From: Terriglobia bacterium
GTDB lineage: Bacteria; Acidobacteriota; Terriglobia; Terriglobales; Acidobacteriaceae
Direction: 5' to 3'
DNA: 64,000 nt
NCBI GenBank assembly: GCA_963699935.1
Contig: CAVOVU010000009.1
Span: forward strand, 77,781 to 141,780
The stretch's first letter is position 1, and every line of letters starts with the position of its first letter. The notes beneath the pieces were generated by a model. The model was not told the DNA's origin. It made no database searches and was given only the letters and a program-made list of their open reading frames with translations. The position numbers and the translations under genes were made by a program. Shown one piece after another: positions 29,249 through 38,328 of this stretch.

Positions 29249-29611
29249 ATGAAGATGAAAAAGTACGCCAGCTTTGACGACTACCTGGACGACCAGCCGG
29301 CAAAGAACCGCTCGATCATCCGCGCTCTTCGCCGGTTTGTGAAGCGTGTGGAACCCGGACTCGAGGAGTCGGTGAAGTGGGGCAACGGCTGCTGGGTCAA
29401 AGAGAAAGTGCCCAAGGGGAAAGTGCCCGTCTCCTACGTGTACTCGGCCCCAGACCACGTCCAGTTTGGCTTCTTGCACGGCTCCTCATTAAAGGACCCA
29501 CGGGGAGTTCTCGAAGGCAACGGCCAGTATGTACGGCACGTCAAGGTCCGCAAGCCCTCCGACATCGACGAGGACGTGTTCAAGGCACTCCTGCGACAAG
29601 CGGCGCGCTGA
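29249..29611 (+). CDS. DUF1801 (YdhG-like) domain protein
   Basis: FDDYLDDQPAKNRSIIRALRRFVKRVEPGLEESVKWG motif. Confidence 0.75.
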   Translation: MKMKKYASFDDYLDDQPAKNRSIIRALRRFVKRVEPGLEESVKWGNGCWVKEKVPKGKVPVSYVYSAPDHVQFGFLHGSSLKDPRGVLEGNGQYVRHVKVRKPSDIDEDVFKALLRQAAR

Positions 29612-29634
29612 TCGATTGACGGGTGGACGGGACG

Positions 29635-29706
29635 GGTGGCCCAATCAAGCCCGATTTTGCCTTGAGCGGGGCAGTTCAGAGTTGTACAGAGTCTTCCCTT
29701 CCGTTG
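29635..29706. repeat. ~70-bp intergenic element, copy B
   Basis: ggtggcccaatcaagcccgattttgccttgagcggggcagttc...gtcttcccttccg. Confidence 0.5.
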
Positions 29707-29980
29707 TTTCGTGTTTTTCGTGTCGTCTATCCAACTCGATCTTCACCGTCCCTCACAGCCGGGTTAGTGGCCCAGCCTCGAACACCCCGCCACTCTAATT
29801 CGCAAAGAACGCGAACTTTAGAATGGCACCCGACAAGATGGCCGACTAGCTTCATCGCCAGGTCTTAAAGTGCGCACCCATAGGGCTTCCGTTGGGCCGG
29901 TTGACCTCTCTCTCCCCGCGGCCTAACATGGCTGCCGATATAGGCGCATGCAACACGTCGGAAGCTGAAAGGGAGAGAAT

Positions 29981-30154
29981 ATGAGCTGGAAAAGCAAACT
30001 GGTTCTCGGGATACTCACGGCCCTGGCCATGCTCCTGCTTAGTTTTGCCCTGCCCAGGGGAGAGTCGTTTCTGCGAGATGCGCAGGCGGCGCAGTTTCCG
30101 GTCACGGTTGGGGTATGGGCGATTTTCGTCCTGCTCTTCGTGAAGCTGAAATAA
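29981..30154 (+). CDS. Possible 57-aa two-TM membrane peptide
   Basis: GGGAGAG lies 4 nt upstream of the ATG. Two hydrophobic helices. The ORF is below the ORF-track length cut-off. Confidence 0.3.
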   Translation: MSWKSKLVLGILTALAMLLLSFALPRGESFLRDAQAAQFPVTVGVWAIFVLLFVKLK

Positions 30155-30281
30155 GGTCTTCGAGTTTCGCTGCAGGGTTCAAGTCGGTCTCATACAGCCA
30201 AAAAGCGACCTGGCTAAGGGACGGGTAAAATTGTGACCGTCCGCGAACCCATAGAATCAAATCCCGCATCCAAGTTACGAA

Positions 30282-31547
30282 GTGGCCCTGACTAAAAGAC
30301 AAGTTGGTGCGCAACACCGTTCCCCGGCGCGAGTCCCATCGAACCGCACAACCGCGACGCTGACGCTTCAGCCTCAACTGCATTCGCCCCGCCTGCCGGA
30401 ATTGGACGCCCTGCGCGGGCTGATGCTGGTGGGAATGACGCTCACCCATTTGCCCACCCAGGCCAGCCACTATTCCAACCAGTTGCTGGGATTCGTCTCC
30501 TGGGCGGAGGGCTTTGTGTTGCTGTCGGCGGTGCTTACCGGCCGGGTTTATGGCTCGATTTTGCAACAAAGGTCCTGGCACGAAGTGTTTGAAAGGCTGT
30601 GGCTGCGCTGCGCCAAGTTGTACGGCTATCATCTCGGCTTGCTGGCCGTGGCCTTCACGCTGGTTGCCGCCGTTGCGGTGCATACCCAGAAGCCGGCCCT
30701 GCTGGGACTGCTGGATTTCTATCTGGCGCATCACGCTCTGGCGGTTGGCAGTTCCCTGCTGCTGCTCTACTGTCCGCCCCTGCTCGACATCCTGCCTATG
30801 TACATTGCTTTTCTGATGCTCACGCCGTTCCTGCTCAGCGTGGGACAGCGCTGGGGCTGGAAGTTTCTTCTCGCTCCTTCGGGATTACTGTGGCTGGCCG
30901 CCCAGTTTGGGGTGCGGGGATTGATCCACGGGTTCATGGTGAACCACGCCGCGTTCCGGATTCCACTGCAGAACATGGGTTTCTTCGACCTGTTCGCATG
31001 GCAGTTTCTGTGGATTTTCGGGCTATGGTTGGGCGCTGGAGACTCAGCCGGCCTGCTGGACTGGTTCAAGTCGCGGTGGACCATTGCTCTCGCGTCCCTG
31101 TTGGTGGCGGCGTTCTTGATCCTGCGTTATCAGTGGCTGCCCCAATACATTTCTCACCCCGTGGACCAGGGAAAGGCCTGGGTGCTCTTCGACAAATGGC
31201 AACTCGGAGTTTTGCGTTTGCTGGATTTCGCCGCCCTCGGCGTGCTGTTTAGCGCGCTCCGGCCGCACATCGCACATCGCCTGGCCTGGCGTCCTTTAGT
31301 GCTGCTGGGCAAGTCCTCTCTGGAAGTCTTCTGTGTTCAGGTGCTTTTCTCGTTTGCGGCGTTGTGCCTGGTCGGCGACGGAGCCGGAGTCCGCTGGTTT
31401 TACCAGTCCGCGATTGTGGTCACCACGCTCCTGGGGATGTACGCGTTGGCCTGGTGGCGCGCCCGGCCGCGACAAGACGATACCCCAGTCCTCTGGACTC
31501 TGGGCCTGGAATGGCCGCCTGACGGGAAGCAGTTCAGCGCTCGCTAG
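30282..31547 (+). CDS. OpgC-like / acyltransferase-3-like polytopic membrane protein
   Basis: LPELDALRGLMLVGMTLTHLP motif and about 10 TM helices. The start codon is uncertain. Confidence 0.65.
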   Translation: MALTKRQVGAQHRSPARVPSNRTTATLTLQPQLHSPRLPELDALRGLMLVGMTLTHLPTQASHYSNQLLGFVSWAEGFVLLSAVLTGRVYGSILQQRSWHEVFERLWLRCAKLYGYHLGLLAVAFTLVAAVAVHTQKPALLGLLDFYLAHHALAVGSSLLLLYCPPLLDILPMYIAFLMLTPFLLSVGQRWGWKFLLAPSGLLWLAAQFGVRGLIHGFMVNHAAFRIPLQNMGFFDLFAWQFLWIFGLWLGAGDSAGLLDWFKSRWTIALASLLVAAFLILRYQWLPQYISHPVDQGKAWVLFDKWQLGVLRLLDFAALGVLFSALRPHIAHRLAWRPLVLLGKSSLEVFCVQVLFSFAALCLVGDGAGVRWFYQSAIVVTTLLGMYALAWWRARPRQDDTPVLWTLGLEWPPDGKQFSAR

Positions 31548-31618
31548 CGGCCGAGCCAGCACGACTGATCCTCTGCCAGGATATCCGCTGAATCAGCCCG
31601 TGACATTCCATTCGGAAA

Positions 31619-32497
31619 TTACGTCGATTTGCCGGCGACGACTTCGCCTTCCGATCTCTTTGCCGGGTTGGCAGAGTCCATGAAGAGCGGTTTGTCGGTG
31701 TGGAAATATTTCTTATACGCGGAAATCCAATCGCCCGCCATTTCGCGTTGCGCGGTGGCCAGGTCGATGGTTCCTTCACAGACCATTCCATGAAGCCGGT
31801 CCTCAAGCGCGTCTTTGACGTGCGCGCCCCAGTCCGTGGATGAGTACGGCTCGGGCCACAAGTTCTGCATGTCATCCGCCCCACCCAACTCCGGCGTAAT
31901 CAGATAGTCCACTTCGTAGTTTTTCTTTAGCGCCACCGGAATTCCGTATTTCTTGAAGACCTCCTGCTGCACGGCTGGCGCGACCATCCGGTTCATATCA
32001 CGATAACCGGTTGAGCAGATCTCGTGCCGCGTTACTGGACGCGTTGCTCCCGGGGTAAGGCCGGGATCGGGAGTCGCCTGAGCTTTGACCGCCAAGGACT
32101 CAAGCTGAGCAGACGACCTGTGCCGGAATGTAACTCCTAAGACGCCCGCGACCACGATCGCAATTGCAAGAGCATAGGTTCTGGCCCGCAGGGTAAACAT
32201 GGGAAGAAGACCGCCAAACCAGTTTGCCTTCTGCGATACAGGAATCGCATCCGCCAGTCGCGCCTTAAGTAGGGCCCGCGGTCCTGCAATCGGCGGCAGT
32301 TGGGGATCAAACTCGGCATGATGAACATGGACAAAGTCCACGATGGTGTCTTCAATTTCTTTGACTCTTGTCCGGCAGCTCCAGCAGGCTTCCAGGTGGC
32401 TCCGGATTTCTGTGGACCGGCTGAGTGAGAGCTCCCCGTCTTCCAGGAGAAGCAGTTCCTCATCGGACACGTGAATCTCTTGTCTTGGTTGTCGCAT
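31619..32497 (-). CDS. Anti-sigma factor (zf-HC2) with one TM helix and a ~130-aa extracytoplasmic C-terminal domain
   Basis: HLEACWSCRTRV zinc-finger motif. TM helix YALAIAIVVAGVLGV. Located immediately downstream of the ECF sigma gene. Confidence 0.7.
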   Translation of the reverse strand: MRQPRQEIHVSDEELLLLEDGELSLSRSTEIRSHLEACWSCRTRVKEIEDTIVDFVHVHHAEFDPQLPPIAGPRALLKARLADAIPVSQKANWFGGLLPMFTLRARTYALAIAIVVAGVLGVTFRHRSSAQLESLAVKAQATPDPGLTPGATRPVTRHEICSTGYRDMNRMVAPAVQQEVFKKYGIPVALKKNYEVDYLITPELGGADDMQNLWPEPYSSTDWGAHVKDALEDRLHGMVCEGTIDLATAQREMAGDWISAYKKYFHTDKPLFMDSANPAKRSEGEVVAGKST

Positions 32498-32501
32498 TCC
32501 A

Positions 32502-33080
32502 TCACCTTCTATCTGCACGTTCGAGGCGGGCCAGGGATCGCGTCAAGGATATGGACACGGCACCCAGTGACATGCCCAGCACTTCGGCGATTTCGCGGTA
32601 GCGCAGGCCTTCCGCCCGCAATCGAAGGCAATGCTGGTCGGGTTCGGGAAGCGCGCGAAGCACCGCACGCAGGCGCATCTCTTTCTCATTCATTAACAGT
32701 TGCTCTTCCACGCTGGGCGCCGGATCACACGCCGTCTCAGCAACACCATCATCCCTGCCTTCCCGCTGTTGCAGTCTCTGATTGGCGAAGCGCCGCTTCA
32801 ATGACAGATTGTGCGCCACCCGGAAAACCCACCCCCGCAGGTTGGCCCGCGACCGTCCTGACTGCAGATGCTTGAACAGGGCCAGGAAAACCTCCTGGCT
32901 CAGGTCCTCGGCATCAACCGCCTGCAGGCCAAAGGAAAGAACGTAGCGAAACAGCGGGTTGCGCAACTGATCAAAAAGATCAATAACTTCCTGTTCAATA
33001 CCAGGCGAGCGCAAGGGCCTGGCCCCGGCCGCGACTGGAAGCGGCAGTGCGATCGTCGAGTCTTGAGAACGCATCGGCAT
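32502..33080 (-). CDS. ECF RNA polymerase sigma factor
   Basis: Region 2 (GWVFRVAHNLSL) and region 4 (LRAEGLRYREIAEVLGMSLGAVSISLTRSLARL). Confidence 0.85.
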   Translation of the reverse strand: MPMRSQDSTIALPLPVAAGARPLRSPGIEQEVIDLFDQLRNPLFRYVLSFGLQAVDAEDLSQEVFLALFKHLQSGRSRANLRGWVFRVAHNLSLKRRFANQRLQQREGRDDGVAETACDPAPSVEEQLLMNEKEMRLRAVLRALPEPDQHCLRLRAEGLRYREIAEVLGMSLGAVSISLTRSLARLERADRR

Positions 33081-33214
33081 GTGAACTGATTTGCTCCGCT
33101 ACATATTACATTTCCAGCGGTTCAGTCTTGTTCAGTCTTTTTGTTGCGCGGACAAAAAACACTGAACAGGATCGAACCGCGAAGAATGTTGAAGGTGGGC
33201 CCCCAAACTCCCTT

Positions 33215-35648
33215 ATGCCACCCCGACTTCCCTTCCATGGCGCAGGTCAGCCGTCCCTAGGAACCCCCAGAATCCGTCCTTCTCGAGCACGCCGGCAAGT
33301 CACCGTTCTCCTTGTCTTTCTATCATTTACCACTTTCGCGAGCGCTCAAATGGAGATTGGCCGAATATCCGGCACGGTGACGGATTCGAGTGGCGCAAGA
33401 GTTGCCAGGGCCCAAATCACTTTGCAAAACCCGCTTTCCGGCCGCCAGAACCGGACCTTGTCGGACGATCAAGGGCAGTTTCAATTTGAAAACATTCCCT
33501 ACGGGGCTTACGTGGTAGGAGTGTCCGCTGCTGGTTTCTCTCCCGCAACCACACAGGTTGACATTCGATCGAATGTCACAGTGCGAGTTTCCCTTCAGTT
33601 GACCATCGCGGCAAACAAGCTCGACACCACCGTAAGGGCAATTGACGTTCTTCGGCGCGAAACGCCCCGGACGGAAGTAGTCATCGACGAAAACGTAATC
33701 AAGCTGACTCCGTCTGTCGTACGCCGCGATCAGTTGCAGGCCCTGGTTTCAACCACGCCCGGCTGGAACACGGAAAATGACGGGCTCATGCACATCCGCG
33801 GTGTGGACGACGGCACTCTCTTTGTGGTGGGAGGCGTGCCGACGCCCGATCGGGTGGACGGCCTGTTTGCGGGTTCCTTCAATACCGACGCCATTACTTC
33901 TCTCGATATCATCACCGGAAACATCCCGGCGGAGTTTGGAGATCGCTCCGGCGCCGTAGTCCTGATCCAACCCAAGTCTGGCCTCGACACTCCGCTGGCG
34001 GGAACGCTTTCACTTGGGGCGGGCAGCTTCGATTCAAGAGACATATCTGCAACCCTAGGAACGGGTACGCGAGATTGGGGACTGTTTTTCGCGGGCTCGG
34101 CGCATGACTCCGATCGCTTTCTCGATCCGGTTGACCCTAGAAACTTTAATAATGACGGCGGCGATGTCTCGCTTGATCTGCGTGCCGACTGGCTCGCCGA
34201 CCGAAAAAGACATCATTCGTGTGGCCGGCACGCTGCAAGGCGCAAACTTCCGAGTCCCTAACAATGAAGATCAGCAGGAGGCCGGTCAGCGCCAGCGCCA
34301 GGAAGTGCGGCATGATCAGGAATCCATTTTCTGGCAGCATAGCTGGTCGCCGAATACTCTTGGCGACGTTGCCTATTTCCGGAATTTCTTCCGCTCGGAA
34401 CTTATCAGCAGCCCCTTCGACACTCCGTTGACGGCCAGTCAGAATCGTCACCAGACCCGTCAGGGCATGCTGGCCAGCCTGACCCACGCGACTCATGGTC
34501 ACACCATCAAGGCCGGAACAGAGATTTCGCGCGTTTCCATCGCGGAGTTTTTTGGCTTTGCCATCACTGATCCCGACGCAGCTGAAGAAGCGGGCATCAG
34601 CGATGCCGCCTTGGCATTCACTCCAGATAACCCCTTCGCCTTCTCCGACCATGTGGGCCGATGGACCCAGGCGGTGTATGCCCAGGATGATTTCTCTCCC
34701 TTGCGCAACCTCACCATCAGTGCCGGGCTGCGCTACGATCACTCAAATCTTCTGGTTTCAGATCAGCAGTGGAGCCCACGTATCGGGGCAATTTATTACT
34801 TGCCCAGGACCCGGACCGGTTTGCGGGCTTCCTTCAACCGCCTTTACATGCCTCCGCAAATCGAGAACCTCTTGATAGCCAGCTCGCAGCAAGCCCGCGA
34901 TCTGTCCCCTTTTGCGGCCTCCGGTGGCGGCGCCGACATCTTTCCGGAAAAGCTTTCCTCCTGGGAAGTTGGCTTCTCTCAGGAGTTGCCACTGGCGACG
35001 CGCCTGAATGTAGCCTACTGGTGGCGCCGCTTTCGAAACATCGATGATCCCAATGTGCTTTTGGGCACAACCATTATCTTTCCCAACAGCGTCGCCCGGG
35101 CCGAAGCGAAGGGCCTGGACGTCCGCCTCGACGTTCCCTTCCGCAAAGGCTTTTCCGCCTACGTGAGTTACACCAACAATCAGATCGTCGAAATCGGGCC
35201 CATCAACGGCGGCCTGTTTCTGGACGATGATTTTATCGAGGTCGGACCGGGGACCCGCTTCACCCCCGACCATGACCAGCGCAACGTGGCCTCGTTCGCG
35301 CTCACTTACATGGCGCGCAAGTACGGAATGTGGACCTCGTTCACCGGCAGATTCGAGAGCGGCGTTCCCATGGAGCTTCCTGACCTCGACCCCGACGAGT
35401 TGCGCCAGCTTCCCGGCTCAGAACTGGTGAATTTCGACACCGGCAGAGTCAAACCCTGGTATGTGTTTGGCTGGTCGGGTGGGATGGATTTGCTACGCAA
35501 AGACCGCTTCACGATTGGGGCTCAGCTCGATATCCAGAACCTGGACGACCGTCCATTCGCCTTCAACTGGGGCAACCCGTTTTCCGGCACCCACTTCGGT
35601 TATCCCCGACTCATCGCAGGAAGCCTGAAGTTTTCCTTCAAGAAGTGA
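33215..35648 (+). pseudogene. TonB-dependent receptor with a CarboxypepD_reg N-terminal domain, with the frame broken near 34196-34203
   Basis: Signal peptide ...FASAQ, then GRISGTVTDSSGARVARAQITL and a plug region. The barrel continues in ORF 34104..35648 from TEKDIIRVAGTLQG. The C-terminus is ...GSLKFSFKK. Confidence 0.8.
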
Positions 35649-35790
35649 GCCTGGTTTGTCGAGTCAAAGATAGGGCAGGCGTACTACCCTGCTGGTCTGA
35701 ATAGCAATGAGAAAAATCGCCTCTAAGATGACCGAGCCTAGAAAGCGAAGATAATGCGAATACACAACTGCGGCAGTTTATGGTAATATT

Positions 35791-36216
35791 GTGGTTAAAA
35801 TGTGGAAGGAATATGGCATGAGTCAGATGGCAGGCGCAGCACTCTTCGATACTGTCCCCAAGCAGGATTATCTTACGCTGTTCCCTGAGGGCGGAACTGA
35901 TTACAACAAAGTTATCAAACTGTTGGATTTCAAGAAGACCGATGTCGCAAGGGCCTCCAATATTGCAGCACACTCCGTTCGTTACGATCCTCCAAGAATG
36001 CCTAAGGAGTTGGAGGACCGATTGAACGAGTGGGCAGTGGCCCTGAACTTGGTCGCGCAATTCTTTCGAGACGAGCATAAGACGGTGCTGTGGTTCAAAA
36101 CACCAAACCCCCTCCTAGGCGACATGACCCCTCGCGACATGATCAGAATCGGAAGATTTAAGAAACTGCGGCGCTTTATCCAGAACGCCCTGGCCGAAAA
36201 CGAACCTCCCAAATGA
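35791..36216 (+). CDS. Xre-like antitoxin with a C-terminal DUF2384 toxin-binding domain (ParS/MbcA type)
   Basis: C-terminal WFKTPNPLLGDMTPRDMIRIGRFKKLRRFI. 4-bp overlap with the RES gene. The start may be the ATG at 35818. Confidence 0.75.
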   Translation: MVKMWKEYGMSQMAGAALFDTVPKQDYLTLFPEGGTDYNKVIKLLDFKKTDVARASNIAAHSVRYDPPRMPKELEDRLNEWAVALNLVAQFFRDEHKTVLWFKTPNPLLGDMTPRDMIRIGRFKKLRRFIQNALAENEPPK

Positions 36217-37067
36217 GCAATCCTTGGGAACCGCTCGAGGCCGGAAGAATCTCCGACATCGTTCGGTCGAAGGCGCGGTTTGAAGAACTTGTCCAATTTC
36301 ACTGGGATTTCTACTCCGACCTAGCGTTCCAAAGGAATCGCATACGGGAGCAGCTCAGGACTGCCCTCAGAGAAAATGCCAAGCCATTTGAGTTCTCGAA
36401 ATGGCAAAGGATCGTTAGATATAAATATTCTCTGACCCCGCTCAGCGCGAGGGGGAGCCTAGTAGACCCCGGCGGACGGTTCAATGTTGGGGAAATCGAT
36501 CGCACGCGCTATCGCGTTTTCCCTGCATTGTATATAGCTGGCGACAAAGGAACAGCTCTGGCTGAAGTGCTTGGACGCGAGAAGGGCGTGGACCCTTTCA
36601 CTCCGGAAGAACTTGCGCTGACTAAGCCAGATTCAATAACCGCCGTGTCCGTCAGCGGTAGACTTGAGTCTGTATTAGATATTCGGGAGCGTAAGAATCT
36701 AGCCGCTTTCCTCGCTCTAATCAGGAATTTTAGGTTGTCAGGTTCTTTGATCCGAACGGCGAGAAAGTTGGGCCAGCGCGTTCATTTAGTTACGACCAGT
36801 GCCGAATTGGTTCGGACCTTGACGCAGCCTGACTGGCGAAGTTGGCCAATGATCTTTGATGTGCCGTCTCCCTGTCAAATCTTCGGCGCGCTGGTGATGG
36901 ACGCCGGGATAGAGGGGATTCAGTACAATTCATCAATTACCGATAGACAGTGCCTTGCTATCTTCCTTCAGAATTTCCTCAACTCCTCTTCCTACATTGA
37001 GCTAGATGATGCAGTTCCCGCTGAGAGTGTTCAAAGGCGGATTGATTCAAGCAATTTCACTGAATAG
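36213..37067 (+). CDS. RES-domain toxin (ParT/MbcT-type NAD+-targeting family) with a ~95-aa N-terminal extension
   Basis: R-E-S signature: PGGRFN, GTALAEVLG, IEGIQYNSS. Confidence 0.8.
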   Translation: MSNPWEPLEAGRISDIVRSKARFEELVQFHWDFYSDLAFQRNRIREQLRTALRENAKPFEFSKWQRIVRYKYSLTPLSARGSLVDPGGRFNVGEIDRTRYRVFPALYIAGDKGTALAEVLGREKGVDPFTPEELALTKPDSITAVSVSGRLESVLDIRERKNLAAFLALIRNFRLSGSLIRTARKLGQRVHLVTTSAELVRTLTQPDWRSWPMIFDVPSPCQIFGALVMDAGIEGIQYNSSITDRQCLAIFLQNFLNSSSYIELDDAVPAESVQRRIDSSNFTE

Positions 37068-37162
37068 TCAGGTGTCCGCAAGCCGGAATATCTCGGTGCA
37101 TTTCAGGCACTTCATTTGGTCAACATCCACCCGCTTGACTTCATTGACGACACTAGTATTGA

Positions 37163-37239
37163 TGGTGGGCAGTGCGTGATTCGAACACGCGACCTCCTGC
37201 TTGTAAGGCAGGCGCTCTAACCAGCTGAGCTAACCGCCC
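37163..37239 (-). tRNA. tRNA-Val (UAC)
   Basis: A 77-nt cloverleaf folded by hand: acceptor GGGCGGT/ACTGCCC, anticodon loop CTTACAA, T-loop TTCGAAT, encoded CCA. Confidence 0.95.
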
Positions 37240-37352
37240 ATCTCATTTTCACCCGCATACCCAAGATCAGATCGACCTGGCTGGTCAGCAGATTGAGGAG
37301 CAGTGCCGCTATCTTACCAAGAAATCCTTCGGGCATGGTCACCCCTCCATCA

Positions 37353-38201
37353 TCAGCCCACTGCATTAACCAGCACCCCAATGCCGGTGATGGCAATGCG
37401 AATCTCGTCTCCGGGCGCGAGCGTGAACGAGTCCGGGGGGACGATCCCGGTGCCAGTAAGCAGAATGCAGCCCGCGGGAAAGCTGTTACTCCGGTAGAGA
37501 TATTCCACCAGCGACGCGGGATCGCGTTTCAGGCTGGCGAGCGTCGTTGTACCGGCAAACTCGTTCTTCGCCCCGCGCACGATCTCCAGCCTGATCTCGG
37601 TCGAGGACGGCAGCGGTTCCGGCGCAACCAGGATGCATGGGCCCAGGGCGCAGCTTCGGTCATACACCTTGGCCTGAGGCAGATACAGCGGGTTTTCTCC
37701 TTCAATACTGCGGGAACTCATGTCGTTGCCTATGGTGTAGCCGACGATCTTCCCCTTCGGGGATACGAGCAGCGCCAACTCGGGCTCGGGCACCGACCAG
37801 GAAGAGTCCTCGCGGATGGCCACTTTTCCGTTGGGACCGACCACGCGATGCGGCGTGGCTTTAAAGAAAAGTTCAGGGCGCTCGGCATCATAGACCCGAT
37901 CGTAAAAATCGCCGCCTCCCGCTGACTTCGACTCCTGGATGCGCGCTTCCCGGCTGCGATAGTAGGTGACTCCAGCGGCCCACACTTCCTGATTGCCGAT
38001 GGGAGCTTGCAGGTCCTGGAGTGCGGGGCGCGCGCCCTCAATCCAATGTCCACCCTGGATCTGGCGCTGCAGGTGGCCATGCAAATCTTCTTTCGCAGTC
38101 AATGCTTCCCAGGGCTCGCCGCGCCCGTTGTTCTTCTCCGGCAAATAAAAGCGGTCGGCTTTTTCTACAACGTATCCGGATGTTGTGCGATAGAGCTTCA
38201 T
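37353..38201 (-). CDS. Fumarylacetoacetate hydrolase (FAH) family protein
   Basis: [22 protein letters not shown] and [10 protein letters not shown] motifs. Confidence 0.8.
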   Translation of the reverse strand: MKLYRTTSGYVVEKADRFYLPEKNNGRGEPWEALTAKEDLHGHLQRQIQGGHWIEGARPALQDLQAPIGNQEVWAAGVTYYRSREARIQESKSAGGGDFYDRVYDAERPELFFKATPHRVVGPNGKVAIREDSSWSVPEPELALLVSPKGKIVGYTIGNDMSSRSIEGENPLYLPQAKVYDRSCALGPCILVAPEPLPSSTEIRLEIVRGAKNEFAGTTTLASLKRDPASLVEYLYRSNSFPAGCILLTGTGIVPPDSFTLAPGDEIRIAITGIGVLVNAVG

Positions 38202-38328
38202 GATTTATGTGTGCCTGCGCCCCGGCCCAAAATCCTACCACCGATCGTGAACATCCGGCTCGGGAGGGCCGCCAATAAAAAGGCCGCCGGTTTGAAACCG
38301 GCGGCCATCAAGGTAAGCAGCCATTGCG

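Noticed and set aside
35649-37162. Integrase, att direct repeats or other mobile-element hallmarks around the tRNA-Val islet.
   Set aside because: I found no recombinase ORF and no copy of the tRNA 3' segment (tggtgggcagtgcgtgattcgaac) at the distal border. The region is reported only as a compositional islet.
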